Positions 9,603 through 20,543 are shown, counted from the first letter of the stretch. The stretch is DNA of 64,000 nucleotides from Thermococcus sp. (GCA_027074805.1 JALTCK010000092.1:4763-68762); one strand, 5' to 3'. A program made the numbers and translations. Notes: a model not told the origin generated them from the letters alone.

Positions 9603-9877
9603 GGTAATCACCCGATTTTTCGGAAAAGATGTTAGATTCGCTTAAAATTTTTTCGGCAAAGGTCAAAGTGACAAACGTTAAATGACGAAGGAAAAGCATG
9701 GAAACGAATCGTTCAAAAGCCGGAAGATGAATGGCGTGCTGCCCAAACAGGGGATGGAATGCGTGGAGCTTGAGATAAACAGCGCGCATTTTCGGGAAAA
9801 ATCTGGAGGGTTTTGAAGAGAATTTGTTAAAAAGTTAGGAGAGGCATGTCGAAGTGTCAGTTGCTTTTTAAATGTGC

Positions 9878-10606
9878 TCATTTGGTGATCCTTTTCCAGA
9901 GCTCAGCGATTTGAGGTATCGGTTTGACTTCCTTTCCGTTCAGGCTGTCAAGGATAAAGGTCTGGTCGAAGGGAATTATCACGTCGGGCTTAAGGGGGAG
10001 TTTATCCTCCACTCCTGGCAGGGCCTTGTTGAGAACCAGAACGTGCTTCAATCCAAGGCTTTCACTCAGAGATGCTATCTTCCTGGAGAGTTCTATTGAC
10101 TCAACGGAGGGCTCTGCCACATTAATTAAAACATCCACATACTTGTCAACTCCCCTGCCGAAGTGTTCTATTCCCGCCTCGGTGTCGACGATGATGACTT
10201 CACTCTCCCCCAGCTTTATCCCTTCAAGGAGCTTTCTAGCGAGAAATCCGTAGGGGCAGGCACAACCTTCTTCGGCCTCTTCTATCTTTCCTATCGTGAG
10301 AACGGCGAGGTTGTTCTTTTCGGCGAGTATATCCTTTGGAATATCATCGAGCGTCCAGTTGAAGAGTTCATCGTCGAATTCTCCTTCTCCTTCTGCAGCC
10401 ATTAATATTTTTGCCCTCTTCTTACCTCCGAGGTGCTCGGCGAGTGTTTTGACCTTGGGAAGGTCGAGCATCCTGTAGAGGCCTGGGTTGGACTCGTCGG
10501 CATCTATGATCAAAACGCGGTATCCATTCCCGGCCAAATGCCTGCCCAGCATTGCACTTATCGTGCTCTTTCCACAGCCACCTTTACCGCTCACGAGGAC
10601 CTTCAT
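9878..10606 (-). CDS. CooC-like nickel-insertion P-loop ATPase (MinD/SIMIBI class)
   Basis: GKGGCGKS, IDAD, EEGCACP (CxC), DTEAGIEHFGRG. Confidence 0.85.
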   Translation of the reverse strand: MKVLVSGKGGCGKSTISAMLGRHLAGNGYRVLIIDADESNPGLYRMLDLPKVKTLAEHLGGKKRAKILMAAEGEGEFDDELFNWTLDDIPKDILAEKNNLAVLTIGKIEEAEEGCACPYGFLARKLLEGIKLGESEVIIVDTEAGIEHFGRGVDKYVDVLINVAEPSVESIELSRKIASLSESLGLKHVLVLNKALPGVEDKLPLKPDVIIPFDQTFILDSLNGKEVKPIPQIAELWKRITK

Positions 10607-10663
10607 CCGTATCACCTATCGAGAAAGAAGTAGCACACTTTATAAGGGCTTTCCTTTATTCCT

Positions 10664-10680
10664 GTTTTCAACCTCAGGTT
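10664..10680. promoter_or_regulatory. SurR binding site between the divergent cooC-like gene and the sufS operon
   Basis: GTTTTCAACCTCAGGTT, flanked by TATA elements on both sides. Confidence 0.75.
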
Positions 10681-10729
10681 CAGGAAAGCCGTATAAATGC
10701 TCCTGAGAAGATAAAAACGGTGGTAAGAG

Positions 10730-11023
10730 GTGATTATTTCGAAACCCTGCGTTACGATGAAGGGCGTCGTAATAGGGGCATATTCATGGGAGAGGGGTAT
10801 TAAACTTGACCTAACAAAAACAGCCCAGTGTTTGAAGGAGAGTGGTTACACGGTCAAAAAGCTCCTTCCCGGGATGATGTTGCTCCTTGAAATGGAGGGG
10901 CATGAGGTTAGCGTCTACCCGAGCGGGAAGATAATAATCAAGCTCCTCGAAGATGCAAAAGAAGGTGAAAGGATGGCGCGGATCATATACGACTGCGCCG
11001 GGGTTCTGGAGGTGGTTGCATGA
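10730..11023 (+). CDS. Conserved hypothetical protein
   Basis: ORF overlapping the sufS start (ATGA); SKPC and VSVYPSGKIII motifs. Confidence 0.75.
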   Translation: MIISKPCVTMKGVVIGAYSWERGIKLDLTKTAQCLKESGYTVKKLLPGMMLLLEMEGHEVSVYPSGKIIIKLLEDAKEGERMARIIYDCAGVLEVVA

Positions 11024-12216
11024 GGATTCCGGAAGATGTAAGAAAGGACATCCCTCTAACGAGTGAGGTCATATACTTCGACAATACCGCCACTTCGCTC
11101 ACGCCAAGGCCGGTAATCAGGGCTATGGATGAGTACTACTTGAAATATCGGGCCAATGTTCATAGGGGTGTCCACAGGCTGTCCCAGATGGCAACGCACA
11201 AGTACGAGGAGAGCAGGAAGGTTGTCGCAGATTTCCTCAACGCAGAGTTCGAGGAGATAGTTTTCACAAAAAACACAAGCGAAAGCCTCAACTTGGTTGC
11301 ACTCGGGCTTGAACATATATTCAAGCCCGGCGACAGGATAGTGACAACCCCCTACGAGCATCATTCCGACTTGCTTCCATGGCAGAGACTGGCGAAAAAG
11401 AAGGGCCTCAGGCTGGAGTTTATAGGGGGGGACGATGAGGGCAACTTGGATTTGAGTGATGCCGAGCGGAAGGTTAAGGAAGCAACGCTTGTGGCCGTCC
11501 AGCACGTCTCAAATGCCTTGGGGGTGATTCACGAGGTTGAAGAGCTTGGCAAAATGGCCAAAGATGAAGGAGCTATCTTCGTGGTTGACGCCGCTCAGAG
11601 CGCCGGGCACATGGAGGTTGACGTGAAGAAGCTTCACGCCGATTTTTTGGCATTTTCTGGTCACAAGGGGCCGATGGGCCCAACGGGGATAGGGGTGCTC
11701 TACGTCAACAAGGAGTTCTTTGAGGCCTTCGAGCCGCCGCTCATCGGTGGGGGAACTATTGAAGATGTCGATTTGTATGGTTACACGCTGACGGAGCCAC
11801 CGGAACGCTTCGAGGCTGGAACGCCAAACATAGGAGGGGCTATAGGCCTCGCCGCGGGGATACAATACATCCAGAGGATAGGCCTCGAGGAAATTGAGAG
11901 ACAGGAAAAGAAACTCGTAAAACGCATCACTGAGGGATTAGATGAGCTTGAAGTCCCTTGGTACGGTCCGAGGGACATCAAGAAGCACGCCGGTGTGGTC
12001 AGCTTCAACGTTCCGCCGCTCCACCCACACGATGTAGCAGCGATACTCGATGAACACAACATCATGGTGAGGAGCGGTCACCACTGTGCGTTGCCAGTAA
12101 TGAAAAAACTCGGGATAAATGGGACCGTTAGAGCCTCCTTCCACGTCTACAACAGTGTTGAAGAGGTGGAGGCCTTCCTCCGTGTTCTTGAGGAGCTGGT
12201 TAGAAACCTCCGTTGA
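11020..12216 (+). CDS. sufS: Cysteine desulfurase (SufS family)
   Basis: YFDNTATS, DAAQ, FSGHK, RSGHHCA, RASFHVYN. Confidence 0.95.
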   Translation: MRIPEDVRKDIPLTSEVIYFDNTATSLTPRPVIRAMDEYYLKYRANVHRGVHRLSQMATHKYEESRKVVADFLNAEFEEIVFTKNTSESLNLVALGLEHIFKPGDRIVTTPYEHHSDLLPWQRLAKKKGLRLEFIGGDDEGNLDLSDAERKVKEATLVAVQHVSNALGVIHEVEELGKMAKDEGAIFVVDAAQSAGHMEVDVKKLHADFLAFSGHKGPMGPTGIGVLYVNKEFFEAFEPPLIGGGTIEDVDLYGYTLTEPPERFEAGTPNIGGAIGLAAGIQYIQRIGLEEIERQEKKLVKRITEGLDELEVPWYGPRDIKKHAGVVSFNVPPLHPHDVAAILDEHNIMVRSGHHCALPVMKKLGINGTVRASFHVYNSVEEVEAFLRVLEELVRNLR

Positions 12217-12246
12217 AAGTTCAGAAAAACCGGAAAAATAGAAAAA

Positions 12247-13242
12247 TCACTCCTCCGGCTTCGGGAGGGTGACGTCCACACCGAGAACCTTCCACATGGC
12301 CTTGATCTGCTCGCGCATCTCGTCGATGGCTTCCGGCTGCTTGAAGAGGTGCTTGAACCTGCCCTGTAACTTAAGGTACTCCTCGATGGGCTTCTTGAAC
12401 TCGATGGCGACGACGCGACCGCCCTCGCGCTTGACCTTGGCGCCTCCTCCCGGCGCCTGTATCTTGATGTTGAAGAAGTCGCCGTTCTCGATCTCGAAGA
12501 GCGGCCAGACACCGGTCTCTATGGCAAGCCTGGCTATCTCAACGCCCTTCTCTAGCGGGCTCTTCCAACCGGTCGGGCAGGTGCAGTGGACCTGCACGAA
12601 GGCCGGGCCGTCGACCTTGGCAGCCTTCTTCATCTTCTTGACGAAGTCGAAGGGGTTGCCTATGCTTGCCGTTGCCACGTAGGGCACCTGGTGGGCTGCC
12701 GCTATAAGCGCGACCCACTTCTTGGGCTTGTCCTCGCCGATGGAATACTTTCCAGGTGGGCTGGTGGTGGTCCAGGCACCGTAGGGGGTCGAGCTTGACC
12801 TCTGGATCCCCGTGTTCATGTAGGCCTCGTTGTCGTACATGAGGTAAACGACGTTGTGCCTCCTCTCAAGCATTCCCGAGAGGGCTTGCATACCAATGTC
12901 GGCGGTACCACCGTCACCGCCTATGGCGAGTATCTTGCCCTTCCTGCCGAGCTTCTTCCACGCTGCTTCAACACCGCTCGCGGCAGCTGCAGCGTTCTCG
13001 AAGGCGACGTGGACCCACGGGGCCTTCCAGGCGGTGTATGGGAAGACGGCGCTGACGACTTCCATACACCCGGTGGCCTGGGCTATGGCGAAGGCGTTGG
13101 GATCGCCGTACTTCTCCTCCATGGCCTCGCTGAAGGCCTTGGTGGCGAGCTTGAGAGCGGTGGCGCAGCCACAGCCGGCACAGGCGGCGTGACCCGGCGC
13201 CCAGTACTCGCGAGTCGTGATGGGGGACTTCCTAACGGCCAT
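12247..13242 (-). CDS. porB: Pyruvate:ferredoxin oxidoreductase beta subunit
   Basis: ACAGCG, GDGG...[13 protein letters not shown]-binding motif, CPTGW. Confidence 0.95.
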   Translation of the reverse strand: MAVRKSPITTREYWAPGHAACAGCGCATALKLATKAFSEAMEEKYGDPNAFAIAQATGCMEVVSAVFPYTAWKAPWVHVAFENAAAAASGVEAAWKKLGRKGKILAIGGDGGTADIGMQALSGMLERRHNVVYLMYDNEAYMNTGIQRSSSTPYGAWTTTSPPGKYSIGEDKPKKWVALIAAAHQVPYVATASIGNPFDFVKKMKKAAKVDGPAFVQVHCTCPTGWKSPLEKGVEIARLAIETGVWPLFEIENGDFFNIKIQAPGGGAKVKREGGRVVAIEFKKPIEEYLKLQGRFKHLFKQPEAIDEMREQIKAMWKVLGVDVTLPKPEE

Positions 13243-13252
13243 TTCTCTCACC

Positions 13253-14437
13253 TCACAGTATCTCCTTCCTCAGTCCAATCCAGTTGACTTCCTCAAACTC
13301 CTCTCCGGCGAGGGCTTTTCTGCTGATCTCAAGGGCCTCGTCGAGGTCTTTGAAGGTGACGTCCCTGCCACCGAGGCCGAGGATGAAGTCAACGAGTATC
13401 GGCTTCTCCTTCTGGTTGATCAAGGCTCTGCTGAAGTCCTGGAAGAGTGCTCCGCCGATGCTGAAGGTGATGTTCTTCTCGAGGAGTGCTATGACCTTCG
13501 CCTTCCCCGCCAGCTCCCTGACCTCCTCGGCCGGGAACGGTCTGTAAACGGTAAGCTTTGCAGCACCGGCTTTGATGCCCTTCTCGCGGAGGTAGTCGAC
13601 GTATTCTTTGACGGTTCCAGCGAGGGAACCCATGGTAACGAAGACTATCTCGGCGTCGTCGGTCCTGTACTCCTCTATCTTGCTGTACTTCCTTCCGAAC
13701 TTCTTCTCGAACTCGGCAAAGACCTCGTCGATGACCTTCTTGGCGTTCTCGTTGGCCTCCCAGACGGTGTAGCGGGCCTCCATGTAGTGGGCCGGGAACG
13801 CCAATGTGCCCTGGGTTATCGGCTTCTCCGGGTCGAGGTAGGCGTACTTCGGGTTGTACTCGCCGAGGAACTCGTCGACAAGCTCTTGGTCGGGTATCTC
13901 GACAGGCTCGACCGTGTGGGTGAGTATGAATGCGTCGAAGCCGACCATGGTTGGGAGGAGAACTTTCTCGTTTTCGGCGACCTTGAATGCTATCAGAATT
14001 AGGTCCAGAGCTTCCTGGTTGTTCTCGGCGTAGAACTGGAGCCATCCAGTATCGCGCTCACTTATGGTGTCCTGCCAGTCATTCCAGATGTTAATCGGGG
14101 CGCTGAGCGAGCGGTTTCCAACGGCTATGACGATCGGAAGTCTCATGCCTGCCGCAATAAAGAGAACCTCGTGCATTAATGCAAGCCCTTGGGAAGCCGT
14201 GGCTGTAAATGTCCTAACGCCGGCGGCGCTTGCACCAACGCAGGCGGAGATGGCTGAGTGCTCGCTCTCGACCTTTATGAACTCGGCCTCGAGCTCTCCG
14301 TTGGCAACGAATTCACTTATCTTCTCGGGGACCAGCGTTGAGGGCGTAATTGGAAACGCGGCTATAACCTTTGGTTTTGCCAGTTTGGCGGCCCAGGCGG
14401 CCGCTTCGTTTGCCTTCATAACGGTTCTTATCGGCAT
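13253..14437 (-). CDS. porA: Pyruvate:ferredoxin oxidoreductase alpha subunit
   Basis: [24 protein letters not shown]. Confidence 0.95.
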   Translation of the reverse strand: MPIRTVMKANEAAAWAAKLAKPKVIAAFPITPSTLVPEKISEFVANGELEAEFIKVESEHSAISACVGASAAGVRTFTATASQGLALMHEVLFIAAGMRLPIVIAVGNRSLSAPINIWNDWQDTISERDTGWLQFYAENNQEALDLILIAFKVAENEKVLLPTMVGFDAFILTHTVEPVEIPDQELVDEFLGEYNPKYAYLDPEKPITQGTLAFPAHYMEARYTVWEANENAKKVIDEVFAEFEKKFGRKYSKIEEYRTDDAEIVFVTMGSLAGTVKEYVDYLREKGIKAGAAKLTVYRPFPAEEVRELAGKAKVIALLEKNITFSIGGALFQDFSRALINQKEKPILVDFILGLGGRDVTFKDLDEALEISRKALAGEEFEEVNWIGLRKEIL

Positions 14438-14448
14438 CTTTCACCACC

Positions 14449-14766
14449 TCACTTGGTCTCTCTAACCATGACTATTGCGTCAACAGGGCACTCATTTGCG
14501 CAGATCCCACAGCCCTTACAGTAGTCGTAGTCGAAAACGGGGTAGTTCTCCTCGTCAAGGTAGATGGCTGGCTCGGGGCAGTAGATGTAACAGAGGTAGC
14601 ACCGAACGCACTTGTCCCTGTTGAATTCGGGCATGAAAACTCTCCAGGAACCTGTCTTGTTGATCACACTGCTCCCAGGAATTCGGGCAATAGCCCCCGG
14701 TGTCATCTTTTCGCTATACTCCTTTTGAACTCTCTCAATATCGGCCTTAAACGGACTTTCGGCCAT
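14449..14766 (-). CDS. porD: Pyruvate:ferredoxin oxidoreductase delta subunit
   Basis: TGSWR, two 4Fe-4S motifs (CVRCYLCYIYCP; CKGCGICANECP). Confidence 0.93.
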   Translation of the reverse strand: MAESPFKADIERVQKEYSEKMTPGAIARIPGSSVINKTGSWRVFMPEFNRDKCVRCYLCYIYCPEPAIYLDEENYPVFDYDYCKGCGICANECPVDAIVMVRETK

Positions 14767-14832
14767 ATGTATCACCTCTGGTGAGTTGTCAGATGGGAAC
14801 TTAAACCTTATCCTGCGATTAAAAAGGAAAGT

Positions 14833-15768
14833 TCAGCCAAAGACCTCGGCGAGCTTTTTGAGCTTCTCCCACTCGTGGTTGACCCACTGCTGGAGGATTT
14901 CAATGTCCTCCTTCATCATGTACTTGAACCTGCCTTGGTACTTGAGGAACTCCTCTATTGGTTTTGGCTCTTTCTTTGTAGATGGCATGTTGATCTTATA
15001 CTTACCGTTCTCGTACTCGAAGAGCGGGAAGTATGCCGTTTGAACCGCCAAGCGAGCTATCTCAATGCTCTTGTCGGTTGGACTTCTCCAACCGGTCGGA
15101 CACGGGCTGAAGAGCTGGATGAAACTCGGTCCAGGTATCTTCCGTGCCTTTTTGAGCTTCCTTATAAAGTCTTCAGGGAATGCAATGCTCGCTGTTGCCG
15201 CGTAGGGGACCTCATGGGCTATGACGATATCTATGACCTTCTTCTTGTGCCTCTTCTCGAGGAAGTGCTTCTTTCCTCCCGGCGTGTTGGTCGTCCAGGC
15301 ACCGTAGGGGGTTGAACCGGATCTCTGGATCCCCGTGTTCATGTAGGCCTCGTTGTCGTACATGATGTAGACAGCATCGTGGCCCCTCTCGAGGAAGCCA
15401 GAAAGGGCCTGAAGGCCAATATCTGCGGTTCCACCGTCGCCGGCCCAGCCCACGACCATAACGCCGTCCTCACCTTTTACCTTGTAGCCCATGGCCTTGA
15501 GGGCGGCCTCTATTCCTCCCATAACGGCCCCGGTCGTCTCAAAGGCCGTGTGGAAGAGGTTGGCCTCCAACGTATTGTAGGGCCATGCGCCCGCTATGAT
15601 GGTCGAACAGCACGCGGGGATCGTGAATATCGTCTTCTTCCCGTAGGCTTTTAGGACGTAGCGGAGTCCAAGTGAAGCGCCGCAACCTTGGCAGGCAGTA
15701 TGGCCGGCGTAGAAGTACTCGTCAGCTGGAATGCTCAACCTTTTTTTAACGTTCTCTGGAATCCCCAT
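14833..15768 (-). CDS. vorB: 2-ketoisovalerate:ferredoxin oxidoreductase beta subunit
   Basis: Paralogue of porB (ACQGCG, GDGG, YDNEAY); gene order porG-vorDAB-porDAB. Confidence 0.93.
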   Translation of the reverse strand: MGIPENVKKRLSIPADEYFYAGHTACQGCGASLGLRYVLKAYGKKTIFTIPACCSTIIAGAWPYNTLEANLFHTAFETTGAVMGGIEAALKAMGYKVKGEDGVMVVGWAGDGGTADIGLQALSGFLERGHDAVYIMYDNEAYMNTGIQRSGSTPYGAWTTNTPGGKKHFLEKRHKKKVIDIVIAHEVPYAATASIAFPEDFIRKLKKARKIPGPSFIQLFSPCPTGWRSPTDKSIEIARLAVQTAYFPLFEYENGKYKINMPSTKKEPKPIEEFLKYQGRFKYMMKEDIEILQQWVNHEWEKLKKLAEVFG

Positions 15769-15773
15769 CCTTA

Positions 15774-16964
15774 TCACCTCTTAAGGTGGTACCAGTCCAC
15801 CTCTACATCCGGTTCTCCCTTTTCTATCACTTTCTTCATGTCCTCGGCGATCTTTCTGACGTCGTCGACGGTGAAGTCCCTGCCACCGAGGCCGACGATG
15901 TAGTTCTTCATAACGGGCTTTGACTTGGCGCTGTAGAGAACTCCCTTGGCCTCGTTGAAGAGTATCCCCTCCTGTCCAAATGAGAAGTTCCTGTCCAGTA
16001 CTGCTATGCCGTTGACCTTACTGGCAATCTCTCTCAGTTCTTCCTTCGGGAAGGGTCTGAACCAGCGGACTTTGGCATAGCCGATCTTGTATCCCTCCTT
16101 TCTGAGAAGCTCGACGGCTTCCTTGACGGTTCCCATGAGAGACCCCATGCCCATGAAGACGAAGTCGGCGTCGTCTATGTGCTCCTTCTCTATCATCTCG
16201 CTGTAGTCTCTTCCAAACATCTCTCCGAACTCATTGCCCACGTCTTTGATGACCTTTACGGCCTCTTCGTGGGCCTTTGCTAGTTTGTAGCGGAACTCGT
16301 AGTAGTCGTTTGGAGTTGCAAGGGCTCCAACGGATATTGGATTGTCGAAGTCTGTTAGGGTGTATAACGGCTTCCTGGGTGGGAGGAACTCGTCGACCAG
16401 TTCCTGTGGAATCATCTCGACGACATCGTACGTGTGACTCAGGATGAAAGCGCTCTCTACTATCATTGCTGGGACGTTTACAGTTTCTGCAACCTTAAAC
16501 GCCATAATAACACCGTCGTAAACCTCTTGGTTGTTCTCGGCGTAGAACTGCATCCATCCTGTGTCCCTCTGTGCTAAACTGTCGGTCTGGTCGTCCCAGA
16601 CACTCCATGGAGGAGCCATAGCCCTGTTAACGTCAACCATAACGATTGGGAGCCTGGCCCCTGCGGCCCAGTGGAGCATCTCATGCATTAACGCAAGTCC
16701 CTGGGCGGACGTGGCTGTGAAAGCTCTAGCTCCGGTGGCGCTCGCACCAATGCAAGCCGCCATGGCTGAGTGCTCGCTCTCAACTGGAACGTATTGAAGG
16801 TTCTCAACCTCTCCATTGGCTATGAACTCGGCTATCTTCTCTATGATGCTCGTCTGTGGAGTAATTGGGTAAGCCGCGACTACTTGAACACGGGCATGTT
16901 TAGCGGCGTAAGCAGCCGCGTAGTTGCCGCTTACAACCTTCCTAATGGGCTTGTACTCGGTCAT
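15774..16964 (-). CDS. vorA: 2-ketoisovalerate:ferredoxin oxidoreductase alpha subunit
   Basis: AYPITPQ, ESEH, GLGGRD; operon position. Confidence 0.93.
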   Translation of the reverse strand: MTEYKPIRKVVSGNYAAAYAAKHARVQVVAAYPITPQTSIIEKIAEFIANGEVENLQYVPVESEHSAMAACIGASATGARAFTATSAQGLALMHEMLHWAAGARLPIVMVDVNRAMAPPWSVWDDQTDSLAQRDTGWMQFYAENNQEVYDGVIMAFKVAETVNVPAMIVESAFILSHTYDVVEMIPQELVDEFLPPRKPLYTLTDFDNPISVGALATPNDYYEFRYKLAKAHEEAVKVIKDVGNEFGEMFGRDYSEMIEKEHIDDADFVFMGMGSLMGTVKEAVELLRKEGYKIGYAKVRWFRPFPKEELREIASKVNGIAVLDRNFSFGQEGILFNEAKGVLYSAKSKPVMKNYIVGLGGRDFTVDDVRKIAEDMKKVIEKGEPDVEVDWYHLKR

Positions 16965-16965
16965 A

Positions 16966-17283
16966 TCACTTCTCCTCCTTTTCCATTGTTATTGCATCTG
17001 TCGGACATTCGTTTGCGCAGATTCCGCAGCCCTTACAGTAGTCGTAGTCAATTCCAACGTAGCCGTCCTCGCGAATGTAAATCGCTGGCTCTGGGCAGAA
17101 CTTCCAGCATATGTAGCACTTTACGCATTTGTTATCATCCACTACGGGTATGAACGTCCTCCAGTCACCTGTGAAGTTGCTTAGGGTAGTCCCAAGGCTT
17201 ATCGGTGCCTCGGGATATTCCCCAATGGACTCCAGTGAAATCTTCACAGCCGCTTCCTTTTTTTCACCAAACAAAGTGTTCAA
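16966..17283 (-). CDS. vorD: 2-ketoisovalerate:ferredoxin oxidoreductase delta subunit
   Basis: TGDWR, two 4Fe-4S motifs; TTG start at 17283 assumed (17295 alternative). Confidence 0.92.
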   Translation of the reverse strand: MNTLFGEKKEAAVKISLESIGEYPEAPISLGTTLSNFTGDWRTFIPVVDDNKCVKCYICWKFCPEPAIYIREDGYVGIDYDYCKGCGICANECPTDAITMEKEEK

Positions 17284-17324
17284 ACTCACCACCACCCACC
17301 TCGTTTCAAGGAATAAGGAGAGAA

Positions 17325-17882
17325 TTAGAGCTCGTAGATCCCTGTGTTGTTAAAGGCTTCCTCTGCGGCCTTAGCGTTCTTCTCACCGAGGGCTCCAGAG
17401 AAGGTGTCTTTAATAGCGTCCTGAACGCTTTCTAGCTTCACAAGGCCTGTTGCCTTGGCAACAGCCCCGAGAATTGCTGTGTTTGTAATCGGAAGGCCGA
17501 GAACCTCGAGAGCTATGCCAGTAGCGTCGACGAGAGCGAGCTTCGCCGGTTTCTTCTTGAGCTTCTCGAGAATCTCTTCCTTGCTCTTCTCGGTGTTGAT
17601 TATGACTGTTCCGCCCTCCTTGAGACCCGCGGTAACGTCAACGGTATCAAGGAGAGAGGGGTCGAGGACAACGACTATATCTGGCTCATAGATCTGGGTC
17701 TTTATCCTGATGGGCTTCTCGTCGATTCTTGTGAAGGCCGTAACTGGCGCCCCACGCCTCTCGACACCAAAGAACGGAAAGGCTTGGACGTACTTTCCTT
17801 CCCTGAAAGCCGCTGAAGCTAGGATGTTTGCGGCAGTCACAGCACCTTGGCCACCTCTACCGTGAAAACGAATCTCAATCAT
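17325..17882 (-). CDS. porG: Shared POR/VOR gamma subunit
   Basis: [21 protein letters not shown]. Confidence 0.95.
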
Positions 17883-18103
17883 CTTTCCTGCCTCCTCAAG
17901 TTTGTCAACCTTTATTCATACAAAGCATTTATTTATGTTTCGGTATTGGCTTAAGCTCCTTTCGTCAGCTGTCTTTGGGTATGCCTGAACGTTGTCAGTC
18001 TTCAATGGTAAATTCAGCTCATTGATTCTCGAAAAAAGTTCGCCACTCAAAGGCAAGTTTTTTATGGGAATATATTGGCATATAGACTATATAGGTGGTT
18101 GTC

Positions 18104-19066
18104 ATGGAGGGCATTGCCATAGCAGCGATAGCAGTGGCTTTTTACATTGCTTGGAACATTGGTTCCAATGACTCTGCAAATGCAATGGGAACGGCCGTTG
18201 GAGCCGGGATACTGAGCTTCCGGCAGGCGACTCTGACGATAGCAATCTTTGTTCTTCTCGGGGCCTATCTAAAGGGCTACAAGGTGATGAAGACAGTTGG
18301 GGAGGGGATAGTCCCACCGGGATTCCTTACTATGGAAATGGCCGTAATAGCCCTCCTTGCGGCTGGCCTTTGGGTTACAATAGCAACCCTTAAGGGATTG
18401 CCCGTTTCAACAACTCAATCAATAGTGGGGGGCGTCATAGGTGTTGGTCTCGCAGCGAGTGCTCCGGTAAACTGGTGGACACTAGGTAAGATTGCCTCCG
18501 CATGGGTTATCTCTCCAATTCTATCAGGTTTTCTGGCTATGGGTCTCTATAAGTTCTATGGCTGGGTGGTTTCTCGGATAAAGAGCGTGTCGGTTATAGA
18601 GGCAATGTACAAGGCCCTTGCTATCCTTGGAGGCTCCTACATGGCCTTCAACTTTGGAACGAACGAGGTTGCCAATGCTTCTGGTCCGATAGTTGGAGCT
18701 GGTTTTCTGGAGCCAAGGGCTGCTGGGGTTCTTGTTGCCCTGAGTTTGGCAGTTGGTTCCCTTACCTTTAGCTACGCCGTGATGCATACGGTGGGGAAGA
18801 AAATAACGGCTCTTGGCCCAATCTCAGCATTTGCAGCTCAGTTTGGCTCGGCCATAGCTGTTAGCCTGGCCAACTTCTTTGGTCTGCCCGTTAGCTCAAG
18901 CCAATCAATAGTAGGCGGCGTCGTTGGAGTGGGTCTGGTTGTCGGTCAAGGTGTCGAGAAATCCGTTATCCGGGACATCCTGTTTGGTTGGATAGTAACT
19001 CCCCTAACTGGAATTGGAATATCGCTGGTGCTCTTCAAGCTGTTCTCCCTTGCGGGGATGCTCTAG
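18104..19066 (+). CDS. Inorganic phosphate transporter (PiT family)
   Basis: GSNDSANAMG, PVSTT, GTNEVAN, PVSSS signatures. Confidence 0.92.
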   Translation: MEGIAIAAIAVAFYIAWNIGSNDSANAMGTAVGAGILSFRQATLTIAIFVLLGAYLKGYKVMKTVGEGIVPPGFLTMEMAVIALLAAGLWVTIATLKGLPVSTTQSIVGGVIGVGLAASAPVNWWTLGKIASAWVISPILSGFLAMGLYKFYGWVVSRIKSVSVIEAMYKALAILGGSYMAFNFGTNEVANASGPIVGAGFLEPRAAGVLVALSLAVGSLTFSYAVMHTVGKKITALGPISAFAAQFGSAIAVSLANFFGLPVSSSQSIVGGVVGVGLVVGQGVEKSVIRDILFGWIVTPLTGIGISLVLFKLFSLAGML

Positions 19067-19186
19067 CCAGCCTGTAAACTATTTAGATTTCTTTTCATAA
19101 TCCATGATGGCCCTATATGTCTCAATGTAATCCAGTAGGAGACAATGAAGAGCCCTTATCATCCTATTTGCTCCGAGCGCTTTTCT

Positions 19187-20482
19187 TTAAGCTATACCCG
19201 TTTTCTCATCGGGGACTCTTCTCAACTTCACGCCAAATCTTGTGAGTTCCTTTACCATGCCAGTCTGGATATAGGCCTTGATTCGGGTTTCTTCACCATA
19301 TTCAATATCTAGGACCTCTCCGATGGCGTTTATAAGAGATATGAGCCGTGGTACTTTTTCAGGATCCTTCACCACCACCTCAAAGGTCCTGTACTTTGGG
19401 AGCATGAGGACGATTTCCTCTAGGGCCCTATAGAGTTCATTCATATCCCCTAGCTTGGCAGATATCGCCACAATTGAATGTACGTTTATCCCGTGAGTCT
19501 CTGTGATATCCTTCAGCATCTCCTCCTTGTCCCTTACATCATCCTCGCCGGTTAGGTCTCTTTTGTTGAGAACAACTATTATTGGCTTGTCTAGAGTTTT
19601 TAGCTCCCGTAGAATCCGTAAAGACGCCATGAACTTTCTCCTTATTTCTTTCCACGGCTCACTGACGTCGAGAACGAGGAGGATTATATCGGCTTTTACT
19701 ATCTCCTCTAGCGTTGAGTAGAATGCTTCGACTATGAAGGGGGGCAAACCGTCTATGAAGCCGACTGTGTCGGTAACTAGAACCCGCTTGCTTCCGAGCT
19801 TGAAGCGCCTCGTAGTTGTGTCTAGAGTTGTAAACATCTGGTCCATTGTCTCTACTTCTTCCCCTGCGAGGGCGTTGAGGAGCGTCGATTTACCGGCGTT
19901 TGTGTAGCCAGCGAGCGCTATCAGTATGAATCCTACCTCCTCGCGTTTCTTTCTTTTGACCTCCCTGTCAGCCTTTACCTTCTCTAGCTCCTTCCTAATC
20001 TTTCCCATTCTATACCTGATGTGATTGAGGTAGTGCCTCGTTTGATAGTCGCCCATTCCCTTGAAACCAGCCCTATCTCCGAGTTTTATTCTTCTTATGG
20101 CCTCTTTGACTCGGGGGACCTCGTACTGGAGAGAGGCCAACTCAACTTGTAGTTTGGCTTCCTTTGAGTGGGCCCTCCTTTCAAATATCTCGAGGACAAG
20201 CTGCCACCGGTCTATTACTTCAACCTTCAGCTCCTTCCAGAGGTTGTAGGACTGGCTCGGAGATAGCCTGTTGGCAAACATAACCTTGTCCGGTTCGAAC
20301 TTCTTTACCAGCTTTTTGAGTTCCTCCAGCTTTCCTTTCCCGATGTTGTACTTTGGATGTTCCTCTCGGTTCTGTTCGAGTATCACGAGAACTTCATAGC
20401 CCGCACTTCTCAGGAGATCCTCGAATTCCTCCTTCCTGAGCCTCTCCCTCTTCGATTTTCTGATGACTCCTACTACCCTCAT
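19187..20482 (-). CDS. hflX: GTPase HflX
   Basis: GYTNAGKS, FTTLD, DTVGFI, NKRD, EAKLQVELA. Confidence 0.95.
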   Translation of the reverse strand: MRVVGVIRKSKRERLRKEEFEDLLRSAGYEVLVILEQNREEHPKYNIGKGKLEELKKLVKKFEPDKVMFANRLSPSQSYNLWKELKVEVIDRWQLVLEIFERRAHSKEAKLQVELASLQYEVPRVKEAIRRIKLGDRAGFKGMGDYQTRHYLNHIRYRMGKIRKELEKVKADREVKRKKREEVGFILIALAGYTNAGKSTLLNALAGEEVETMDQMFTTLDTTTRRFKLGSKRVLVTDTVGFIDGLPPFIVEAFYSTLEEIVKADIILLVLDVSEPWKEIRRKFMASLRILRELKTLDKPIIVVLNKRDLTGEDDVRDKEEMLKDITETHGINVHSIVAISAKLGDMNELYRALEEIVLMLPKYRTFEVVVKDPEKVPRLISLINAIGEVLDIEYGEETRIKAYIQTGMVKELTRFGVKLRRVPDEKTGIA

Positions 20483-20526
20483 TGTATCCACGTTTTCGGT
20501 GGGGTTTATAGTCTTTTGGAACTGTA

Positions 20527-20543
20527 GTTTTCAACCTCAGGTT
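20527..20543. promoter_or_regulatory. SurR binding site between hflX and the CMD/AhpD gene
   Basis: GTTTTCAACCTCAGGTT, identical to 10664-10680. Confidence 0.72.

Noticed and set aside
12199-12214. SurR-like GTTAGAAAC at the end of sufS
   Set aside because: Lies between convergent gene ends with wrong spacing for the long motif and no promoter context
12780-15365. Near-identical DNA stretches in porB/vorB (also porA/vorA, porD/vorD)
   Set aside because: Expected paralogy of conserved TPP and Fe-S motifs
19067-19186. Possible small gene or sRNA between PiT and hflX
   Set aside because: Only very short ORFs and no convincing box motifs or structure
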